Shown here one piece after another: positions 60,074 to 64,000 of a DNA stretch of 64,000 bases. The notes under the pieces are model-generated. The model was given only the letters and a program-made list of their open reading frames with translations. It ran no database searches and was not told the DNA's origin. Made by a program: the position numbers and the translations under genes. Within the stretch, counting starts at the first letter, position 1. The number at the start of each line of letters is the position of its first letter. This stretch comes from an uncultured Gammaproteobacteria bacterium (lineage in GTDB: Bacteria; Pseudomonadota; Gammaproteobacteria; UBA9214). The DNA is taken from contig CAVQJD010000007.1 of assembly GCA_963712695.1 (NCBI GenBank), positions 3,221 to 67,220 of the forward strand, written 5' to 3'.

Positions 60074-61093
60074 TTATAATTTCTCCAGAAATTCTTCAGG
60101 CATATCCACCGCCAGCTCCAGGGCACCATCGGCGCCTGCATACAGCGGGTCATTGATGCAGGTAAACGTGCAGGGACCGAACGGCTTGGTGGCTTCGGTG
60201 AGATAGGCATCCAGACCCGTGAGCTGGCTGCCGCCACCGGCCACAACGATGTTCTTGCGCACACTTTCCTGGAATTCAGGATCAAAACTGGCAATGAGGT
60301 CGATGGCAGTTTCGATAATGGCTGGCATAGGACTTTCGCAGGCCTTGCGCATTTCCACGGTGATATCGAATTCCGTGAATTTGCCGTCCACCGGGGCCTC
60401 GATCTTGACCCGACGTTTCGGCTCCCCGACGAAGCCGTGTTTTTCCTTGAACTTGCGCACCGTGTTCAGGGAGAAATCCGCCTCGGGGTGTTTCTCGGTC
60501 AGTAGTTTCAGCAGCTGTTCGTCCACGTAGTCGCCAGCCATGAGAATGCTGCGCTGGTCTTCATCCGTGGGAACCGTGCCATGCATGATGCAAAAATCCA
60601 CGGTACCGGCACCGATGTCGATGATCATGGTGTTGTCCAGCGTGCCCAGGCCATAGGCAACCGAGAACGGTTCGGAGACCACCATCAGCTTCTTGGCATG
60701 CTGGGCCACGGAATTCTTGATGGCCATCTTGTTCACCTTGAGCGCCTCTGCCGGTACGCCGACGGCAACACAGACCTCGTCGTCCGGGCCGACACCGGCC
60801 AGTTCCATCAGGTGGTCGATCAACTCCTGCACCGCAGCCTCGTCCCGCTCGGTACCTTCCGTGATGATGCCGTTGCGCAGTGGCCGGGAGAGATTCAGCG
60901 CAAGCCGGTGCTCCAGCGCCTCGCTGCCAAACAACACCCGCTTGCCGAGCATTTTCTTGGCGACGAAATCCTTCGGCCAGCCGACATAGCTTTCCACCCA
61001 TTTGCGGTTGCCGTTGCTGGCAGCCACCACGGACCTGGATGTGCCCAGGTCAATACCAATGTGCAGCAGGTTATCCTTCTTTGTTGGCGACAT
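60074..61093 (-). CDS. mamK: MamK-family actin-like ATPase, a homologue of the magnetosome-associated cytoskeletal filament protein.
   Basis: Motif-by-motif agreement with MamK along the whole protein: IGIDLGTS, VGWPKD, DDEVCVAVGVPA, LMVVSEPFSVAYGLGTLDNTMIIDIGAGTVDFC, HGTVPTDEDQ, AGDYVDEQL, KHPEA, PMPAIIETAI, FQESVRKNIVVAGGGSQLTGLDAYL, KPFG and FTCINDPLYAGADGALELA. This match is from memory of MamK sequences, not from a search. The gene is distinct from MreB, ParM and FtsA. Confidence 0.75.
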   Translation of the reverse strand: MSPTKKDNLLHIGIDLGTSRSVVAASNGNRKWVESYVGWPKDFVAKKMLGKRVLFGSEALEHRLALNLSRPLRNGIITEGTERDEAAVQELIDHLMELAGVGPDDEVCVAVGVPAEALKVNKMAIKNSVAQHAKKLMVVSEPFSVAYGLGTLDNTMIIDIGAGTVDFCIMHGTVPTDEDQRSILMAGDYVDEQLLKLLTEKHPEADFSLNTVRKFKEKHGFVGEPKRRVKIEAPVDGKFTEFDITVEMRKACESPMPAIIETAIDLIASFDPEFQESVRKNIVVAGGGSQLTGLDAYLTEATKPFGPCTFTCINDPLYAGADGALELAVDMPEEFLEKL

Positions 61094-62246
61094 GTTGCAT
61101 TTTCCCTCTGTCTATTGTTCTTCGGTCAGTGCGTTGTTCAAGGTATTCAATGATACCCGTCTCCAGGTAGCTGGCGACATTATCCCGGTATTCCGGCTTG
61201 CTCAGGCGGGTTTCCTCCGCCTTGTTGCTGATGCAGGAAACCTCCACCAGCACGCTGGGCACTTCAACTCCCAACAGTACCATAAACGGCCCGGTCTTTG
61301 ATCTGGCATCCATGAGATCGCGGTTGTGGCGCTTCAGGCTGCTGTAGAGACGCCGGTGAATGGAGCCGGCAAGCTGCTTCGATTCCTCGGTCTTCAGGGT
61401 GTCGCCTATTCTGGCAATGACCTCGCGAAAATCGCCCATGAGATAGTCAGATTCACGGTTTTCCTGCTCGGCCAGATCGAGTGAACGCTGATCCGTGTGC
61501 GGCCCGAAGTAATAGGTCTCGACATAGTTAACGTGTCTGACCTCATCTGGCAGGGAATTGATATGAATGGAGATGAACAGGTCCGCCCGGTGCTCTTTGG
61601 CGAAGGCCACCCGCTCCTTCAAATAGACCTTCCTGTCATCCTCGCGGGTGAGCAGGACACGATACTTTCCGGAGCTGGTGAGCTTGTCCCTGAGTCGTTT
61701 TGCGATGTCCAGCACGACGTCCTTTTCCTTCAGACCCTGGTGGCCCGTGGCACCCGGATCGATGCCACCATGTCCGGGGTCGATGACAATCGTCTGAATC
61801 CTGAGATTAAACAAATCTGCCATCGGCATACCGAGTCCGGCCAGCATGTCAGTATAGCGACCGGTCCGGTTCGTGGTATCCCTGACAACCTGCAACGGCT
61901 CAAGGCCGGCCGGCCAATCGTCATGAATGACGGGGGCTTCATCCGGGCTGGTCAGCAGGGACAGGCTTGTGACAGGCAATGGTGCGAACTGTCTGTCCAG
62001 CACCTGCATCGCGACCGGTCCGGCATCGTCAACCGTGACCAGTCGAAAATTGATACCGAACAGGGCGATGAAACCCAGTACTAGCGCCAGGATCAGCCGG
62101 TAGCGGTACCCCAACCTCAGCCCGGGGGGCTGTGACCCAACAGCGAATCTTGATCGCCCCTTGCCACGATTGGAGCGGGGGATGCCCACGTTATCCTCAT
62201 AGACACCCTGTAAAACCGCCCTTTTTATGTCTGATTGAGACATCAT
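61071..62246 (-). CDS. N-acetylmuramoyl-L-alanine amidase (Amidase_3 / AmiC family) with an N-terminal membrane anchor. It is co-operonic with the mamK-like gene.
   Basis: Transmembrane helix LILALVLGFIALFGINF. Amidase_3 motifs: IVIDPGHGGIDPGA, LFISIHINS and GPFMVLLGVEVPSVLVEVSCISN. Its 3' end overlaps the mamK-like start by 23 nt. Confidence 0.75.
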   Translation of the reverse strand: MMSQSDIKRAVLQGVYEDNVGIPRSNRGKGRSRFAVGSQPPGLRLGYRYRLILALVLGFIALFGINFRLVTVDDAGPVAMQVLDRQFAPLPVTSLSLLTSPDEAPVIHDDWPAGLEPLQVVRDTTNRTGRYTDMLAGLGMPMADLFNLRIQTIVIDPGHGGIDPGATGHQGLKEKDVVLDIAKRLRDKLTSSGKYRVLLTREDDRKVYLKERVAFAKEHRADLFISIHINSLPDEVRHVNYVETYYFGPHTDQRSLDLAEQENRESDYLMGDFREVIARIGDTLKTEESKQLAGSIHRRLYSSLKRHNRDLMDARSKTGPFMVLLGVEVPSVLVEVSCISNKAEETRLSKPEYRDNVASYLETGIIEYLEQRTDRRTIDRGKMQHVANKEG

Positions 62247-62484
62247 AAACCTAGCCGGTCATGATCCAGACGCATGCTTTGAATACCGGCAGTCGGAACA
62301 CTGCGAGCAAAATATTATTCCGGAGCAACAATCTATCGCACCTCAGGCGCAAGTTTATTACATCTTTCAATACAGTGTTACAGCCAGTGCGTCTGGCATA
62401 TCCCCTGCCAGACCTTTATACTCTTTGAAACGACTGGCCTGCCTGATATGGCCAATATAATATTTATATAAAACAATATAATAA

Positions 62485-63354
62485 ATGGCAAACCTGTTGA
62501 TTAACCTCAAACAATACTGGCGCAAGGCAGTGGCCAGTATAAACAAATCCTTCAGTGAGCAGGAAAATACCCGGCAACGCCAGGAAGCGCTCGAACGGGA
62601 GATGCTGTCTCTCGATACAGCGTATCAAACCCTGGTCGGGAAGCTGGAAGGCATGCGGGCTGAATCCGAGCGCGTCGGTTCGGAAGCATTCCGGAAAATC
62701 GCGACACTCGAGCAATCGCACCAACAAACCGAGTCCGCCAGAATCGAAGCAGCCGAAAAGCTCGCCCAACTAGAGCAACGATTGCTCGAGACAGCAAATG
62801 AGCGTCAGCTCGAACACCAGCAGGTCGCGGCACTCGAAACGGCACTGGCAGAATCGACACGCCAGCTGGAAACCAGAGCCAACCAGCTCAAGTTCCTCCA
62901 GGATTCTGCACGCGAGCAACTCCAGGCACTCAAGACCGCACTGGCCGAGACTGAAAGCCGCCTGGAAACCCGAGATAATGAAATCAGGCAACTGCAGGAT
63001 TCAGCGCATGAGCAGATCACTTCACTTGAAATCGCGCTGGCCGAAGCAGTCAGCCGCTTTGAAACCATAGAGGGCGAACTCAGGGAATTACAGGCAACGA
63101 AACAGGAACAGGCGCATCAAATTGACGCTTTCCTTGCATCCTCCAGCATCCAGCTGGCAGCGACCACTAACCAGATCATGGCGCTGGAAAAAAAGCTCGA
63201 TGTTGAACGTAAGCTCCAGCAGCACCAGGCCGAAGATACCCAGGCGCTGTTGCGCAAGCAGGAGAAGCGCTTGAGATGGGCGCTGGTGGTCGCAGTTTGC
63301 GCGCTTATCCTGGCGGCCGTGGAAGGCGCATTCTTCTTTGGGGGTACGCGCTAG
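62485..63354 (+). CDS. Coiled-coil protein with internal ~40-aa repeats and a C-terminal transmembrane anchor. It is divergent from the amidase/mamK-like operon.
   Basis: Heptad-rich sequence with three repeats of QLETR(A/D)N(Q/E)(L/I)(K/R)(F/Q)LQDSA(R/H)EQ(L/I)...L(K/E)(T/I)ALAE. It ends in WALVVAVCALILAAVEGAFFFGG. Confidence 0.5.
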   Translation: MANLLINLKQYWRKAVASINKSFSEQENTRQRQEALEREMLSLDTAYQTLVGKLEGMRAESERVGSEAFRKIATLEQSHQQTESARIEAAEKLAQLEQRLLETANERQLEHQQVAALETALAESTRQLETRANQLKFLQDSAREQLQALKTALAETESRLETRDNEIRQLQDSAHEQITSLEIALAEAVSRFETIEGELRELQATKQEQAHQIDAFLASSSIQLAATTNQIMALEKKLDVERKLQQHQAEDTQALLRKQEKRLRWALVVAVCALILAAVEGAFFFGGTR

Positions 63355-63738
63355 TTCCTTGCGGTCAGACACCTGCCGCTCCTCGACGCGCCGGAGCAGA
63401 AACAATCTTGATGTATGAAATGACCTCCATTGAGCGAAACAGGTATCGCGCTTGGCCTTAAGTCTTACTCACCGTATTTCCGTCAGTTCCGGTGCATTTA
63501 CTCAGATCAGGCTCGTTACCCAGGCGCTGTTCATGAGTAGCGTATGAATATTCACAGCTACGAGGGATCAACCGCTTCGATGACAAAAATGGTAATGGAT
63601 GACGGTTATTCTTTATTAATTATTTAAAATAATGCTTGTATGTTTATGATAAATATCATATATTACGCATGGTAACAATTTAGTCATTTTAATGTAACTT
63701 CTTATTATTTATAGATAATTTGTAGCTATAAATACAAC

Positions 63739-63773
63739 TTATCCACATATTTATCCACTGACTCTGTGGATAA
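63739..63773. promoter_or_regulatory. Cluster of three consensus DnaA boxes inside an AT-rich region (63560-63800), a candidate replication origin or DnaA-regulated site.
   Basis: TTATCCACA at 63739-63747, TTATCCACT at 63751-63759 and inverted TGTGGATAA at 63765-63773. They are flanked by more than 150 bp at under 30% GC (63600-63735). Confidence 0.5.
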
Positions 63774-64000
63774 CCCATCATTAAATTCCGGTCATTCAGA
63801 ACCTGTTTCCCAACAGGGTTCTTCAGGACTGCCAGGCTTTCGCTCCGGGTGAATGTTTTTTGTCATCCATTCCGGGCAATTCGTCTGTTTTTCGGGTGGC
63901 AATACCTGTTAGATAGCCCGGGCGATTTTGAGTTGAGGTCAGCGATCTAACGCGAGAGACTACCTGATGGAACACAAACAGAGCCTGGAAAGAATGACCA

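Noticed and set aside
60074-61093. The actin-like ATPase could be MreB, FtsA or a ParM/Alp plasmid-segregation actin rather than MamK.
   Set aside because: MreB-specific N-terminal and subdomain IIA motifs are absent. Similarity to MamK runs across all five actin-fold motifs and the MamK-specific inter-motif regions, and there is no parR/parC-like partner. Assignment to the MamK family is kept, but magnetosome function is not assumed.

Overview
High-GC, probably gammaproteobacterial DNA. PEP-CTERM tails of the VPLPA type and Cus/Czc heavy-metal efflux systems support that placement. The window is dominated by an accessory-type locus encoding secreted redox enzymes that carry an unusual thrombospondin type-3 (TSP3) repeat plus double dockerin-like module. 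The carriers are a di-haem cytochrome c peroxidase, a CotA-like multicopper oxidase (MCO), a giant MnxG/MofA-like MCO of about 2200 aa, and a further MCO that carries the module at its N-terminus. Each of the first three enzyme genes except the CotA-like MCO is followed by a tandem pair of paralogous secreted proteins of an unrecognised family, four copies in all, two of which also carry the dockerin module. Nearby are copper-chaperone fusions (Sco1 fused to cytochrome c, and a tandem Sco1 with a His-rich leader), a cytochrome c fused to a LivK-like periplasmic binding protein, a parvulin and three FKBP prolyl isomerases, two cusBA/czcCBA-type efflux operons and several PEP-CTERM proteins. The second half holds a cold-adaptation gene set (cspA, an RRM RNA-binding protein, a delta-9 desaturase and rhlE), a transglutaminase-like protein, an isoaspartyl peptidase, a clear MamK-family actin with an AmiC-like amidase and a coiled-coil membrane protein, and an AT-rich region with three clustered DnaA boxes at the 3' end. 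Many genes, housekeeping ones included, are interrupted by frameshifts. I read this as sequence indel errors rather than mass pseudogenisation. Every coordinate for a frameshifted gene is a best reconstruction across the ORF fragments.
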